This document shows, one piece after another, positions 15,934-31,477 of a stretch of DNA of 64,000 nucleotides (the stretch's first letter is position 1; every line of letters starts with the position of its first letter). The notes under the pieces are model-generated. The model saw nothing but the letters and a program-made list of their open reading frames with translations. It searched no databases and was not told the origin of the DNA. Source of the DNA: Eledone cirrhosa (taxonomy: Eukaryota); NCBI GenBank assembly GCA_964016885.1, contig OZ024743.1:31248001-31312000 (forward strand), written 5' to 3'. Made by a program: the position numbers and the translations under genes.

Positions 15934-17979
15934 GAAACTGACTATAGGAAATGTGTATAGTTCTATGTTAGCGTATTATAAGCTGCTACAACGCATGTTT
16001 CATTATACGCCAAACATTTTGGGAACACATTGAACTCACGTCAGATTTGTAACGTTTTCAATCTACTTAATATGCGCTATAGTTGCTTTCAGCATGGTAA
16101 TATATTCAAAAATTGGTAAAATGGTTGATTGATCGTCTAGATCATCTTTATAGCTAAGATTGTAAAATGACTGATAAACAGTTACACTCGCTTTGGGGTA
16201 ATAGTAACATGGCCGTCTGGTATACACCATATGTGATTTTGACGGACTCGGTTTACACTGATCCCTTTTTTCCCATCTTTTAGTGTTTATCTTTTTTTCC
16301 CATCTTTTAGTGTTTTCAAATGTTTAGCAGTCAAACATGTTTTGTAGTAGCTTGCAATAAAATAATATAATTTGAAACTTCTTCATCAGGTCACATCCTA
16401 TCTAGAGATCAATTGGTGTTGTAAAATCACATCGATATTGAAATCGGGACAAATATCGAATTATATCTGTGCTTGTTTCTTTTTATTTCAGTGATTTCAT
16501 TTGTCTGATATTTTCTATCATATTTTATGTTTCGTTTTATATTCATATTTCTACTAATATATGTATTTGAGTTTATTCTGGGGTTAGAATAGTTTTAATA
16601 TTAAACTTTGAGAAAGAAGCACCCCGATTTTCAGTAGTAATATCGCTAATATTTATTGAATCTGTAGTGGAAATATGGAGAGATCTATGCGAGATAGGAA
16701 AATTATTAAATATATTACATTCTTCGTTGAAACTGAAAACACGTCTGTTGAAGGTAATTGCGTTCTTTTTCATTGTATTTCAAATGTTTACTGTCATTGC
16801 ATTTTCTGATCCATTCTCTGGTATTAAAGGATTTATTATTCCTTGCATGAGAGTTTTGAAATACGTCTCAGAATTTTGTTGAATGATTTTCTTTCCTCGT
16901 AAGTATTTTCATATATTTGATCAATACATTCTTCTTCTGCTATGAATCTCTCTGTGGACACACGTGTAAACTGGCTTAACCTCTGTGAAAAAATGAAGAT
17001 TATATCTCTTCATTTCTTCATCGTCTACAAAGTGAAAGACGAAATGTGTTCCGTCACTAGTTTATTGTCTGAGTGTGGCTAATAATTCAAAGACTAATTA
17101 TAAATTAAATATTCTAATATTTGCTGTGTTGAGGATATAAAATGTTTTATTCAATTAGATACATTTCCAAACAAATGCAAGACTCAAAATTAGGATGTCA
17201 ATGTCAGTTAAGATCTAGCACAACATTTACCTCTCTCACATATCCTTATAGAACAAAGCAGACATTTAATTGACATTGAAGAAAATGCTGTAGATTGTGT
17301 AACAGCAACAATAATTTATGGTTTACTGAACAAAAACATTAAAATAGGTGTGATGAGTTGATTATATTTATTTACATTGCGGTTACACTTTAAAAATCGT
17401 TGATTTCAGTACAGTAAAGTCGTGCATAAAGACACATACATATTCACACACACACACACACACACACGTATATATATATATATAGTTATAAAGAGAGAGA
17501 CGGAAAGAGACAGAGAGAGAGAGAGAGAGATCCTTACATATAAATAACACTGATCAACACACTTTCTGCTGATTTAGGTTTTGTTGTTAGTTTTAGATAA
17601 TTCTGAGATGCTGATTTCAAATATGTCATCCGTCTTTTCCTGACACATCAGATTTTAATTCTATACGACATCTATATTTTAATATGCATTGCATGAATAA
17701 TAAACTTAGAATAGATTACTAAGTCTAATAACTTGAAACCATACATTATAATTGCTTCTACTTCTGGCACACGGCCAGAAATTATCCCAGCGTATTACTG
17801 GTACTTAATTTTATCGACCCCCTTAAGTTAATTCAGAGTTAATTCAGAGCCTGATGAGACGTCTCATCAGGCTCTGAATTAACTCTGTAGGTGTTTCTGC
17901 CCCTTCTACCGCGATACCAGAGATATTCTAAGCCACCCACCAATGTAGGCAAACATACGCCTGGTCAACAGCACAATCT

Positions 17980-18668
17980 CTGGTAAGTCAAATATTGGTA
18001 TTCCACAAAGAGCCATCTCGATGAATTTCTTTCTAATCTTAGAAGCTTGAGCGATGAGCATGGCGATCGTTTCCATTAATATATCAAGGTTATGGAAGAG
18101 ATATAACGGTAGATGAAACACACAAATGGTGGCACACAACTGTTGGAGTATTCAAAGAGACTGTAAGCATGAAACACTCGAGGCACACTCGTAAGCGAAA
18201 ATTGTTTCCATTAATATGTTGGTTAGTGTACGATTGTTTGTGTTTAATCCATTATATTTGAGAATTAATAATATGTATTTAATAAAAGCTGATATTATCT
18301 TATATTTCCTCTATCATATCATAATCTATTGACATTATAACGTATGGTCTGCATTCAAATCCCGCCGAGGTTAACTTTGCCTGTCATCCTTACGGCGGTC
18401 GATAAAATTAAGTACCAGTAATACGCTGGGATAATTAGTGGCCGTGTGCCAGAAGTAGAAGCAATTATAACGTATGGTTTCAAGTTATTAGACTTAGTAA
18501 TCTATTCTAAGTTTATTATTCATGCAATGCATATTAAAATAAAGATGTCGTATAGAATTAAAACCTGATGTGTTAGGAAAAGACGGATGCCATATTTGAA
18601 ATCAGCATCTCAGAATTATCTAAAACTAACAACAAAACCTAAATCAGCAGAAAGTGTGTTGATCAGTG
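17980..18668 (+). mobile_element. Chapaev3-like DNA transposon 3' end
   Basis: Remnant HLDEFLSNLRSLSDEHGDRFH..NCWSIQRD (18014-18214) resembles the SDEHGERFHQ..YCW transposase end; terminal CAGTG followed by TTA. Confidence 0.65.
18349..18466 (+). mobile_element. 5'-truncated SINE nested in a Chapaev3-like end
   Basis: Runs from the B box to the tail; TSD attataacgtatggt (18334-18348 / 18464-18478). Confidence 0.85.
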
Positions 18669-18681
18669 TTATTTATATGTA

Positions 18682-18812
<131 letters not shown>

Positions 18813-19189
18813 GTGTGTGTGTGTGTGTGTCAATATGTATGGGTCTTTATGCAGTACTTTACTGTACTGAATTCAACGATTTTTAAACCGTAAATGTGTG
18901 CGTGTGTGTGTGTATGTAGATATGTATGAACATATGTATGCGTGTGTGTGTCTGTGTGAGTACATTAAATATTCCCTTTCAATTCTTAGAACAAGCGAAC
19001 GTTTGTTACAAGAATGGAGATATAGAGCTTAAGTCAAATATATAGAATACACGAGTGGAAAGAATCATCTTTTTCTGTGGATGATTCTTCAGTAGCAATA
19101 TATTGCTATTGATGCCAGTTATATGATATGTTTGTAATATATATATATGATGGACTCTCGCTTCAATATCCGACGTATGGGTGTCCAAC

Positions 19190-19536
19190 AAAAGTTAAAT
19201 GTGAGAAAGTGAACAGATGTTGAACTACCCACAAAAAGTGTTGTTTTAAGTGGGGAAGGCTGGTGCAAGACCAACCGCACCTTTTGTAACTGACGACACA
19301 TATTTTCGGTGCAAATGTTGGCCACGGAAAATACAGCGACAGCCTTAAAAAAAAAAATAATAATTCTATTTGGATAGCCGTTGACACTGTTGAGTTCCTG
19401 CACCATTTGCCAGGTCTTGTATTTCATCCCGCAGGGTGACCAAATATCACACTCCTCACCAAGCAAGCTTGGTGGGGTTGCCGGTTTAGTCGGCGACGAC
19501 CCGACCATGAGACAGGATTTACTGTAGCACTCGAGA

Positions 19537-19537
<1 letters not shown>
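19190..19537 (-). mobile_element. RTE 5'UTR-like fragment
   Basis: GC-richer segment ending at (AT)n; shares gtcaacggctatccaaa-like sequence with the 5' part of the 61701-62156 element. Confidence 0.35.
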
Positions 19538-19608
<71 letters not shown>

Positions 19609-19766
19609 ATATTTTTTTTTTGGGGGGGGGGGGAACGATCGACTTTCGTCGAATCGGACCGAGGGAACAATGTTTTCGTTGGTCTTTCCAATTGCTAATA
19701 CTATCTATCGGTCGCAACTCCAGGTAGAAGGAGCAACGTGAAATAAAGTGTCTTGCTCAAGACACT

Positions 19767-19812
<46 letters not shown>

Positions 19813-20154
19813 TGTGTGTGTTTGCATAGAGCAATAAAGTAACAGGAATTATGCGTAGGTAGATCGTTCATAATTTTACGATAGTTTCAGGGGGAAGGAG
19901 GCGGGGGTCGATTGAACTATGGAGATCGATGTAAAACTACCATGGTAGTGGTTAAGTTACTACCCATTTCTAGTCAGGAAATCCTTCTTCAATCGGCGCT
20001 CTTTCTCAGAAACACTGAGTGACACAGGACGAAACAGCTTGGTACGTGGTTGGGATTTTACATATTTTTATCCGCTTTCTGCCTCTCCCCATGCACCGTC
20101 TACTCCCATGATCACTAGTCTCGTCAATGTCAGCATCACATCACTCTCACTTCC

Positions 20155-20245
<91 letters not shown>

Positions 20246-20519
20246 GTGTGCAATGTTTATATAATTTGTAATTATAATCGTAATTTACCAAGTGTAAATA
20301 TTTTTTTATATATGTAAATATAAGTATGTCTATATATTTTGTGTGTGTAATAAAAGTTACAATATTTAGTGTGCTGCGTGATATATAAGTTGGGTAAGAA
20401 TTAGCGAGCTGCGTTGACGTGTCATCCCGGGAAACTATAACTGCGATCTAATCTCTTTGCAGCCATTGTTAAATGTTTGCTTACTTTTAGTAACAGATCC
20501 TTAAACTTAGGCCGTCGAA

Positions 20520-21125
20520 TGATGGGTAGAGATCAACGAACAAACCTGAAGTTTTTGTTCCGGGTGGAAAATCTCTCTCAGAAGCTCTCTGAATACTACT
20601 GAAAGTGTACGGATATGAGACGATGTTGGGCTCACGGGACATTGAGAGGCCCAAATGGTTCAAACAAGGACGCGATGATGGGGAAGGCAATTCCACTAGC
20701 GGAAAGCCTGCAACGAACTGGCCCGAGGACAGAGTTGTGCGCATGTGGCAGATGGTGCCTGGTGATCTTTGGTTGACTGTTTAACTGATCGCATAAACGA
20801 GCTGAAAAATTATCACCGAGGATTATAGCATGTGAAAGATATGCTCAACGATGGTGCCATATCTGCTGAACAATGACGGAAGATACGGCTGATGCAGTTG
20901 AATCAGTACATGCTCAAGCGTCTTGAAACCGAATCAGATTTGCTGGCGAGAGTCATGACTAGTAAGGGCCATAATGTAGACCGGTTTTCCGGACATTTTA
21001 GCCATCAGAAGATACGTGACGATGGGTCTGCGGAGAATCTTGGGAGAATCCTTCAAGAAGTATATGGCCGCGTGACGGATATAGATGAGAAGTGGCGTTA
21101 GACTCATTGGAGAATATTTTGCAGT
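20520..21125 (+). mobile_element. Decayed, internally deleted mariner transposase
   Basis: Remnants DQRTNLKF..KVYG.ETM..KWFKQGRDD..SGKP, IITEDYSM.KICSTMVPYLLN and LETESDLLARVMTS, plus a C-terminal KCVRL.G.YF-like end. Many stops and frameshifts. Confidence 0.75.
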
Positions 21126-24100
21126 GAGTTCTTTATTTGAGTGATAGACTTGATATCATTATCGATCTACTAAGCAGACGTGTAAATTCAAATCAAAATA
21201 TTTCCAACTGGAAACATTTCCCGTATATAATTTATACACTCTGTTAAGTACAAGCACAACACACGGATACCGTGAGTAGTACAAATTCCTTGAGTATCAC
21301 CTTCCATAATTTCTGGAATAGCATTGAGTGCTGAACCTGGAGTCACGGGCAGTAATCAACAATAAGCTTGAATATGTTACAGAGTCTTATGAACACATAG
21401 GTAAGGAGAACATATTTGTTAGCTTCAAGGATACATTATACAAAAGTGGAACATATGAATCCAATATAAATGAATCCATTATAATTTGGGAGCTATGTTT
21501 ATTTTAAAAAAATTGCCCCAAATAATGGGCCTTTCAAACAACATTTCTGTACATAAAACCGAGTAAATAATAAACGAAATAGCAATATATAACAAATTTT
21601 ATAAGGCTCCAGTCCAAATCGGTTTTAATAGACCTATGAAACAATATATACCCATCTTGAACCTTTCGTCCATTTAGTGGTGTCATGGACAGATGTATCC
21701 ACATGTTTCATTTCATGTATTGTGTTCGCATTTGTCTGTCTACACAAACATACACACACAGAACCAACCACACACACACACACAAACGCACATACACACA
21801 GAGACACACAAACGCACACACATACATACAAAAATACACATATGCGTCTATTTACATTTTAAGACAAGACAAACATGTGTCAAATTTTACTTGAATTCTG
21901 AAAATACCTAAACAAATCAATGTGGAATTACTCTTTCAATTGAAATGCATATATAAATATTAATATAATTTTCGCAGTTAAAAGAATTCCTAGAAATTCA
22001 ACATTGATATTACATAGGCATTGTAAAATAATTTAAATATCGTAATTTAGTGTTTAAATCTAAATAATTATATCACACTGTATGATTAATATTAATAGAT
22101 TTACCGGCAGACTAATTAACATCTCTTCAATAAGGTAGTGATTATCGAAATCAAATACCCTAATTAAAATGCTGCAATGAAATATTTAAAAATATTGAAA
22201 TAATTAATTACCGATGTGTTCGTGTTTCCAAGCATATATATAATTACATAGAAATGTATTGATCTAAAACATCAAATATTTCAAGTCTAATAATACTTCT
22301 CTAAACATGTTAACACTGTATAACCATCACAATGAAAATATTGTTCTCTACCTTTATATTAAATGCTGAATAACTAAATGCATAAATTATCAGTCTCCAG
22401 AATAAGAGAACATCAGTTCATATATATTGCCGACCCTTAGTTGTTTCATTTGAAAATAGATTTAAAACTGCTTGCCATATGTTTTATAATGTTAATGTCA
22501 ATTATCAGCTGAGGCACATATAGGTAGCTCCTATTATCCTATTAATTCTATCCACTAACCTGAAGTAATGTTTACATATCTGAGATAATTTTCAATATAT
22601 GATTTCATCTTTTTAATAGGTGGAGTATAATTCAGTATAATTCCGATTTATTTACTGGATTAATCCACTACACAGATTTTGGTCCTTTGGCTAGCTGACT
22701 CAATTTATGATTTTTCCGTGGTGAGCATATATATTGATGACGTTATGTCACCATAACTGCAACAACTGGAAACCAAACATCCCACCAACCCAACAATGTT
22801 AAATTGAGCAACGGTTCCGTAGATAATATTCATGGAGATCTATTTTGTTTGGAAACATGACTAAAACCAATTAACCTTGGTAAAATATCATTTAATAGTA
22901 GGTTTGTTGAATAACGTTTGATTAGAATCTCAACACAACATGAAATGTATTTTTTCATCATAAATATAGGTGTCGATCGCAAATGATTTAGGCTGGGAAG
23001 GATCCATATTGGTACAATAATTAAGCTACGTTAAATATTATTCATATTCACTATATTTATTTAAGAATGATGTTTATAGATATCCACTCATTTATTTCAC
23101 GTACAATTTTTTTACATTTTCTGTAAGACATTCCGAAGGGATTCTGATACCGTTTTAGATTGATATCTACGTTAGAGGTGAACAACTTGGACAACAAATA
23201 AAGATAGACTTCATTAGTTACAAATTTAAAAATACAAATTTGTTCTGCCTCATTTTCATATAGAATTTCCATAATTTTGAATCAACGTGCTGGACCGAAA
23301 TAACAGCGGTGTAACATGAAGACATATATAACTAGAATGCCAATGATTATTTTGCATCGTTCCAATGGAAGTTGCAGGAGACTTAACGTGCTTCAGATAT
23401 ATGAATATATTTGAATTTAGTTATACATACCTTTCAGAAGTTATACAGCAACGAAATAATTTCGATACATGGCATATAATTGGATTTCAATTTATTGTGG
23501 TTCTATTTTGTAAACTTCATAGTGTGTCGTTTATCTATATTAGTTGAGAAAACATTAACTCTTGCACTTCACAGCGGACACAGGAATGACGAAAGCAATT
23601 GAAAATAGTATTTATAGGTTTGTATATGCTTAAGATTTCTTTGTTTTGTTGCTTTATGTCTATGCCATCTGCATGTCTGCATTAAACAATACGCACTTTT
23701 ACGATCATATATTTCTGAAATATTACAATCTATTACATTCAAAATATATATCACAAAATTATGTAAAACATTGTTTCTAAAAAGGGAAGTATTAATTTTT
23801 ACTTTTATAATGAAATGGTATTTCTTATTTTGTATATATTGTCGAGGTAATGGTGGGGCTTCTATGTGGTCGGTCGCTCATACAGGTTGTTAGAGTAATA
23901 GATCTCCTCCATGTCCCATATATGATTTTTTAGAAAGAATGTTACTCTTGGCAAAATGTTTGCAACTAGACAAAATTACATGCGGCTGTATTTGGAACAA
24001 TTTCCAACATAGGTTTTCGGTTTCAGTGTTTAACTGGATTTTAGATTGATATTATCGAATGTTTAATTGATACTCTTATAAATTATAAGAGATATATGTT

Positions 24101-25229
24101 CACCCACAATGGGTTTTATATACTCTTATCTTTCAGTAACTTACTATACTCGGAGTTGCAATTTCTGTCGCAAAGCATCATGTAGTTAACATGGATTATG
24201 CTCTCCTGTTACTTCATGAACATATATTTGAAAGTTAATCATTTACCCAAACGTATTTCGGCAACTATAGCCAATAGTGACATTTTATCCGAACCAAAAA
24301 TGATTAAGTTTTTATTTTCGAACATATTTTCTCAATGGATGTCTCCTAATCAATGGACATATTGCTAACTTCTAGTTCTTGCTTTGTTCCATTATTACAA
24401 AGCTATTTGAAAAAGTATACGTTTGTTGACCTGGTAGTAAGACATAAAATGTTTAATACAATATCTGCTGGAATATTGCTAACGTTTAACAATTGGCACA
24501 GCTGCAAGTATCTTATTGATATGACATATTTGCCGGAGTTATCCACAATAATGCAGTACCGCAGATCTAATCAAAAACAGGGTAAAATGTATGGTCCGCT
24601 GATGCCTATTATTAATATTATTATTTGTGCATTCTGATAAAATGAATATTTGAAAAATGTTATTCAAGCGCTCCTTGTTCTTTTTGTTTTTTTTTTCTTT
24701 TTTCGGCAACCCTTGCATTATTCAATATGCCATGGAACGTGCTCTCCTTTGTGTTCCGTAAAAATTAATTTCGAACAGTACCCACTTCCTGCGTCTTGCA
24801 TTTCGTAAATAAAGAATTCGAGAAATATATTTGATGAGGTTGATGTAATTGATAGTCATGCTGCACTGCTGCAGGAAAGGCATGTTTTTTAGTTTGTTTC
24901 GTTTCTAGGAAATATTCGTTAAGAGAAGCAATGCAATAAGTGTGTTATTGAGGAAGATACGTCGATATAAGTAGAGGGGGGGGGGATTTCTTTGTTTGCT
25001 ATCTTTGACCCTAGTAACAATATATATGATGGAAAAGGAAACAGGCACATTGTCTCTATAACATATGGGTTTATCACTATTTACTAAACAATTAGATGTA
25101 GATATAAGTTAGAAAAAGAAAATAAACACACAATATTTATATATTCCGGCTGCTCTCGCAATGAAATTGGAATAGAACAGTACGTAGGTTACGCTTTTGT
25201 ATTTTTTGTTGACCATAAGCTGTGCAGAA

Positions 25230-26200
25230 TATATTCTTTTTCTTGCGCCTAACTCTAGTACACATTTTATAGTGTGCCTTTGATAATGTTATTCATATGT
25301 GATCATGCTTACACATAATATTGGTATTATGATTGTGCATGTGTAAATATTGTAAATATTTTAGAACATTGTTTTGAAATATCCCCCCGTTGTTTGGGAC
25401 GAGCTCAATTTTAATAGTTACTTCCTTCGTTTTTATCTGCACAACCTTTTACCACTTACTCATGACATCCTTCATAAATGTTTCTATGGCGAGTTATGCT
25501 TTATTGAGGCCTAGTGTGTATAGTAACGATGTATGTGAAACACTCTCAAACACATTTTCAGTAGGCTCCTTTTGTTTTTTCAGCTTTCTGTTATGGCTTA
25601 CTTGATTATTGTTTCTACATTTGGCACAAGGCCATCAATTACTCATTACATTACTGGCGCTTTATTTTATCGACCCCGTAAGGATGAAAGGCAAAGTTAA
25701 CCTCGGCGGTATTTGAACTCAAACCATAAAGGGACGTAACTCTATGCTGGAAAGCATGGCATCTGACCCTCTAGCGATACTGCCAATCCACTGCTTACTT
25801 GATTATTAAGTGGTCATTAGAGTCATATGAGACATTTCAGGATCTTTTCTGTTCTTCTGGAATCATGCTGCTTTTTTACACGTGTTACTTCAGTTCCTGC
25901 TATACTGTTGCAATTAAAGTTTTGTATATAGTAGGCAGCTATTGTATGAGCCGTTAGTTTTTTGTGTTATGCTATGTCCTTCTTCTTCGGGATCAGTGCA
26001 CTTTCCTCCTTATTGAACCAGTCCAGTGTTTTGTTCTCATATATTCCAATTAGCTGTACGTTAGTAATTATTCGTTTGCAGGATATTCCTAACAGTTATT
26101 TTGTATATCTTCCGTATTTCTATGTTCTTTCCTACTCCTTGTTTTGTTGATTTCTCTCCTATTTCATTTAAGATTGAAAGCTCTTTTCTTTTATTTTCTA
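25230..26200 (-). mobile_element. Decayed R4/Dong-like RT, interrupted by a SINE
   Basis: Remnants DWFNKEESALIPKK, LPTIYKTL, MIPEEQK..SNDHLII and RGIFQ-like. Confidence 0.55.
25608..25795 (-). mobile_element. tRNA-derived SINE, full length
   Basis: Same family as 9761-10330; TSD gcttacttgattatt (25596-25610 / 25793-25807). Confidence 0.9.
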
Positions 26201-26479
26201 TTTATCATGGTTTTTTTTTTAATTTCCATATTTGTGTGTTTTTTTCGTTTATTGGTTGGTGTACATCTAATGTGGTACACTCTATCGTTTTTAACAACAT
26301 CGGCTCCTGCATGCATATATGGTCCAGTAACTCCTGAGGAAGTCGAAGGGGCGCCGTTGACATACGACGTTTCTTCGGCGTTTTGTAACTTGACAGAGAC
26401 CACGTCCTCTCCAGAATGTTATTCCAGAGAATGATAGAGGGAGAATGGAAGTCGGAAGACAATGTAGAGCATGAAACGA

Positions 26480-26632
26480 CTCTAGTATTTGAATGGTACC
26501 TCTATTTATCGACGTAAAATGGATGAAATTCGAAGTGGACAGCGGTGGGATTTTAACTCAGAGAGAAGAGAGCCAAAATGAATTCCGCAAAGCATTCTAT
26601 CGGACGTTCTAACGACTGTAAATTGGCCGCCT
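26480..26632 (-). mobile_element. Older diverged tRNA-SINE
   Basis: Degenerate match to the family core (tatttatcgac..ggatgaaa..gggattttaactcaga). Similar decayed copies lie near 4820-4950, 29430-29620 and 35430-35570. Confidence 0.6.
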
Positions 26633-29600
26633 TTATTATTTAGTCCTGTGATGCTAATGTTTTATTTCTGTTTATTACGTCTATGATGACTAGATTAGCG
26701 TTATTTATAATTGTCATGTTATTATCAATGTTTATCTTTGGTCCATAGAGAGATCTTTTATTCTTTGTAGTTCTTAGATTATTTCCAGCGTTATCCTATT
26801 GTAGTCTTAGAGTTTTTTCTACATATTTATTCTACATATTTCTTTTCATTTGTAGCATCGGTCTTTGTTGCTTAGTATTCTGCATGTCATTTAGGTTTTA
26901 CGAAGGAGATGGTAAAGTCAATCATCAGCTGGAAATGGTATGACTTAATTACGAAATACTGCTCCAAAGATATACAAAATAAAGAGGGGGGAAAATGAAC
27001 AATGGAGCTTCTGAATGATTTATAGCATTATGTACGGGGTTCCTATTTAAACCGGTTGAGGTGTCAATGCAGGGAACTGGTTTGAGGTTGGTAGCGTGGT
27101 AAAGACAGACGGTGTAAAGTTGGCGATCTGAATAGTCGGCATGACTCCGGGCGGCGAAGATCAACATTAAAACAAAGCATCCAGCCTGGTGCGTCTATTT
27201 TTTCCCTTCTAGGCAAGCTGGCTAGCTGCACAGGCTTGCGGCTCACGAGTTGTTGACTTTGGGCTGACGGTGTCGGGGTGTCGTTGTATTTTCCTTCTTA
27301 ATGTATAATATTGCCTTATAATATGCCAAGAAAACTGAAAGCATATTCCCCACGGGCCTATTTGTGTGTTTTTGATTTTATTTGCGGCCGTGTGGTAAAG
27401 TCCAATATCATTTTGGAATAATATCATTTTTGTCGGGTATCTACGCTTGAACAACTAATTTTGTACGCTTCTGCACGTATAGCTTTTCGTATACTTTTGT
27501 CTTGAGTTCGAAGAACGAATATCCGTACATCTATGTGGTTCCTTTGTGTATATATTTCGCTACTTTTATAATATGAACGCTTTGAATGCATGTAACAAAA
27601 AAATGATCGATTGTATTACGAGTGCTTATAGAGCGAAAGGTGTATACACATGAATCACATAGATATAGGAATATTCGTTCTTTGGACTGAAGAAAAAGTC
27701 TGTATAAAGTGCAATGCGCGCGAAAAGGCCGGTATTACTTTATTTGTATTTCTTTATTCTTGTTTGGTTGTCAACAGTTCGAATTGTAAAATGTTTCAAC
27801 TTGCTGCATTTTTCGCACGCGGTCCCTTTATTAAGAAAGGGATATATATCAGCGTGGGAGCAATCTATAGGAATTAACTTGTTTGTTTTGGGGTTTGTTA
27901 TTGTAGTTATTGTTGTTTTTTTTTCATTATATGATACACTGTTGGATATTAGCATCACAATATATTAGGTACGGCGTATAGAAATATTCATACAATTCCT
28001 TGAGTTAAATAATGGCTATGTGAGAATGACATACCATGCCTTGAAAGAGCGTTATAAATAATCTCTTTAGGCATTTACTAAGGTGATATTTTTTCTCTCC
28101 AACTAACAATTAAAAATGGTATGTCATAAGTGCCGGGCTTTCTATGAATTAATATGGAGGTCATTACAGCTCCAATAAATTTCATCTAATTTTTGTAGAA
28201 ACTATGATGTTCAATGTGGTTGAAGTTTTAAAAAATACAGCCTTGTATTTTACCTCGTTGAAAATTGTCGTTTCACTATCATTTACGTGTCATATTACGT
28301 CCGACTGTATACCATGATGCCTACTATCAAATTTCGTGGAAGCTTTTCTTGGAAAAATTCATATAATATCCTGCTTTAATAGGTACATCCCTCACGTAAG
28401 ATTGGTCATAGAATTTGTAGGAAATATAGATATTTCTATGAGTAATTTTAATTATATTTGTTCTGTCTTGTATGGCAAAGATGTTGCTGCCTTATTCTGT
28501 GCAAATATGTTGCTGCCTTATTCTGTGTGAGATCGTGTATGCGGGTATTCGTCAGCTGTAAACAGGTGATAATTCGAACTATAATGGGTGCAGTATGAAG
28601 AATCAGTATGTGAAATTTGATGTTTGCCTGGCAATCAATTAATTACAATATATACACATGGAGTAGATAATATTAAACAGATACTCTTAATAATTTGGAA
28701 AGTTAAGGGGTCCAATTATTGCGCTTTTATCATTGCATTTCTATCTCGTGCTTTCTCTCGCTCTTTCTGTCCCTCTCTTTCGCTCTCTCCCTCTCACGTC
28801 CTCTCTTCCTTTTTCTCAATATTACTCTCTTTTTCTCTCTCCTATTATCTTGTTCTCTCTCTATCACCCTTTCCTCCGTCTCTCTCACCCATGTTTTCAT
28901 TTACCTTCTCATATGTTGACTGAGATGGATGTATGTTCGTTGTGTGAAATATTTAATTCTATTTATATTAAGCTGTTTTGACTATTTTGTCTATATATTT
29001 AAATTGTTATGTTTCATTCTAATATTATATATCTACACATGTATTATGTTAATGACATTGACGTTAGTTCTGCTGTTTAGTATCGGTTGATACTACTTTA
29101 AAAATACGTAGCGTTGCTGGGAAATAAAATATTAAGTTAGTGAGCAATGTTTTAATGAGGACCACGTTAATTCTGTTTAAATAGTTTTATAAAAATGTTA
29201 ATAGTATTTAATATGAATGTACACAGTTCTGTTTTACATCAGATCACTTTCCTTGAGTATCAATAAACGATTATTAAACGAAATAAAACAAACTTTTCCA
29301 TCCGTTGCAATTCAGCTAATATAGATTTAAATATATTTTCAATACACATATAATGTATACTTTCCTATATAATATCAATAAAATATCTGGTGGAGTGGTA
29401 CAATATTATAATATTGCTGAATATGAACGATTGACTGAATTGGTAGTGCTTCGGAAAAGATACTGTTGAGGTATGTGTTTAGACCTTTACATTCTGAGTT
29501 CATATCCCGCCTATATCAAATTTGCATATCATCGGTGTTGATGATTTAAAGCAGCTGTTAAACACAGGCGCTTGTTTAATCAACGTTCGCCTTCTCACGC

Positions 29601-30754
29601 ATTTCCTATCCTTGTGTCTAACTTAGTAATCACCTCTTCGGTTCCTTCCTCATACAACCTGGCCAACCCATGCTGGTCTCCACACACTCCAACACGTTTT
29701 CTATTCTCAGCCCCCCACTTGGGTCTCTGTCCTCAACCACATCAGCCTTGCTGAGCTGATTCTCACACTCAATTGTTTCTCCTTCTCGGCTGAGTTTTAC
29801 TAGCAGTTAATCGAGGTAGCCTAAGCCATACAATCAGGTCCCAGTGACGCTAACATATATGTTGGTTTTGTTGAGACGTTATATCGTCGACAGTACCGGT
29901 GTGAATTCACTCACCTGGCAGTAGATCGAATCCCTTCTCCACCAAACACCCCAGGATCCCTCTCATAGATTTTGCGTTGTCTGTTTCCACGAACATCAGA
30001 AAAGGACAGCACATTATATTTGTTCGTTCAAACCTTTACAAATGCAGAAATGCAGGGCCACTCTCCTCATAGTCGTTTATCGCCCTGCAAAACATTCACA
30101 GCAAAACACAAGCACATCCTCAGCACCAAATGACTAGTTTCACTAATACACCCACTCACACACGAACACTAACACGCATAGACACGCAAAAGCACACAAA
30201 CCAGCACAACTAATTAATTACTTGACCGTACATATATAATTACAATTATACTAACACGACCGACGAACTGTATTAATAGGGTTAATTAACTGAACTAACA
30301 AGACTAAACACAATACTACCACTTCTTTACTAACAGAACCTATTAGTTAAAGGTCCTACACAATTCTACAACCAAACTAACATGACAAAACACGCACACT
30401 CAATCAACCACCACTATCACAAACAGACGCATCTCGCCTTCCCACTGACTATTATAACTCCTCATCCATTGTCACCACACATTCAACCACATGTTCTGTT
30501 ATATATACTCTAAATGTATTTCTATTTTCAGTTTCCTACACGCATCCAGCCCATCTTCCACTTCGTAACTGGTCACCTCCTGAAATTGGACAGACAAGTG
30601 GCTACTACACATCATACCATCATATACTTCAATCACAGTTCTAGATAGTAAACACCTCTCTCTTCTTATTGGATAGACAAATACGCGCGAATACAAAGAA
30701 ACATACAAGCTTATACAGAAAGCTGAAGTAACATACAGGCTTATACAATCTAAT

Positions 30755-30942
30755 AACTGTTTCTACTTTAGGCACAAGGCCAGCAATTACCCAGTGTATT
30801 ACTGGTACTTTATTTTACCGACCCCGTAAGGGTGAAAGGCAAAGTCAACCTCGGCGGTATTTGAACTCAAATCGTAAAGGGACGTAACTATGCTGGAAAG
30901 CATGGCGTCCGACCCTCTACCGATACTGCCAATCCACCGCCC
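30755..30942 (-). mobile_element. tRNA-derived SINE, full length
   Basis: Same family; TSD cttatacaatctaataac (30740-30757 / 30954-30971). Confidence 0.9.
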
Positions 30943-31396
30943 TTTATACAATCCTTATACAATCTAATAACGGCATGAATTCATCCAAGCACATACACAT
31001 TCATTCCACTCATAAACACCCCCACATACATATTCAAACCTAGATGACCATACATGCAGATACACCTGTACACACACATACAAACATACTTTAAAAATAG
31101 ATACACACATAGATACACACATACATACACTTCCAAGGATATACAAAACACACACACAAAGACAAATATGCGCATCCACTAATGTTACTAAATCAGAGGC
31201 TCAATTTCTCCAAACTCCTCTCTCTCAGAACCTTACATTTTCCCGATTAAAAATGTGTTTCCAACAAGATGAGACGATTATTTGCTTCATATTTCTCTTT
31301 TATTTTTCTTCATTCCCAATTGTCTACAACACAAGACTTTGTATTTCTCCTTCACCGTGTTTGACTCGTATATACTTGATAGACTTGAACTATAAT

Positions 31397-31477
<81 letters not shown>

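Noticed and set aside
17548-18668. Intact DNA transposon with long TIRs
   Set aside because: The inverted homology extends beyond the termini into flanking DNA and includes the nested SINE, so it is a secondary duplication.
26144-26462. Overlapping short ORFs as a host exon
   Set aside because: No recognisable domain or clear splice pair; adjoins a decayed R4/Dong-like element and a SINE.
26940-27900. CpG-richer segment as a promoter
   Set aside because: No linked exon or diagnostic element; composition alone is insufficient.
29620-30500. Possible LTR or primer-binding-site region with CA-rich strand bias
   Set aside because: No second LTR, TSD or coding remnant identified.
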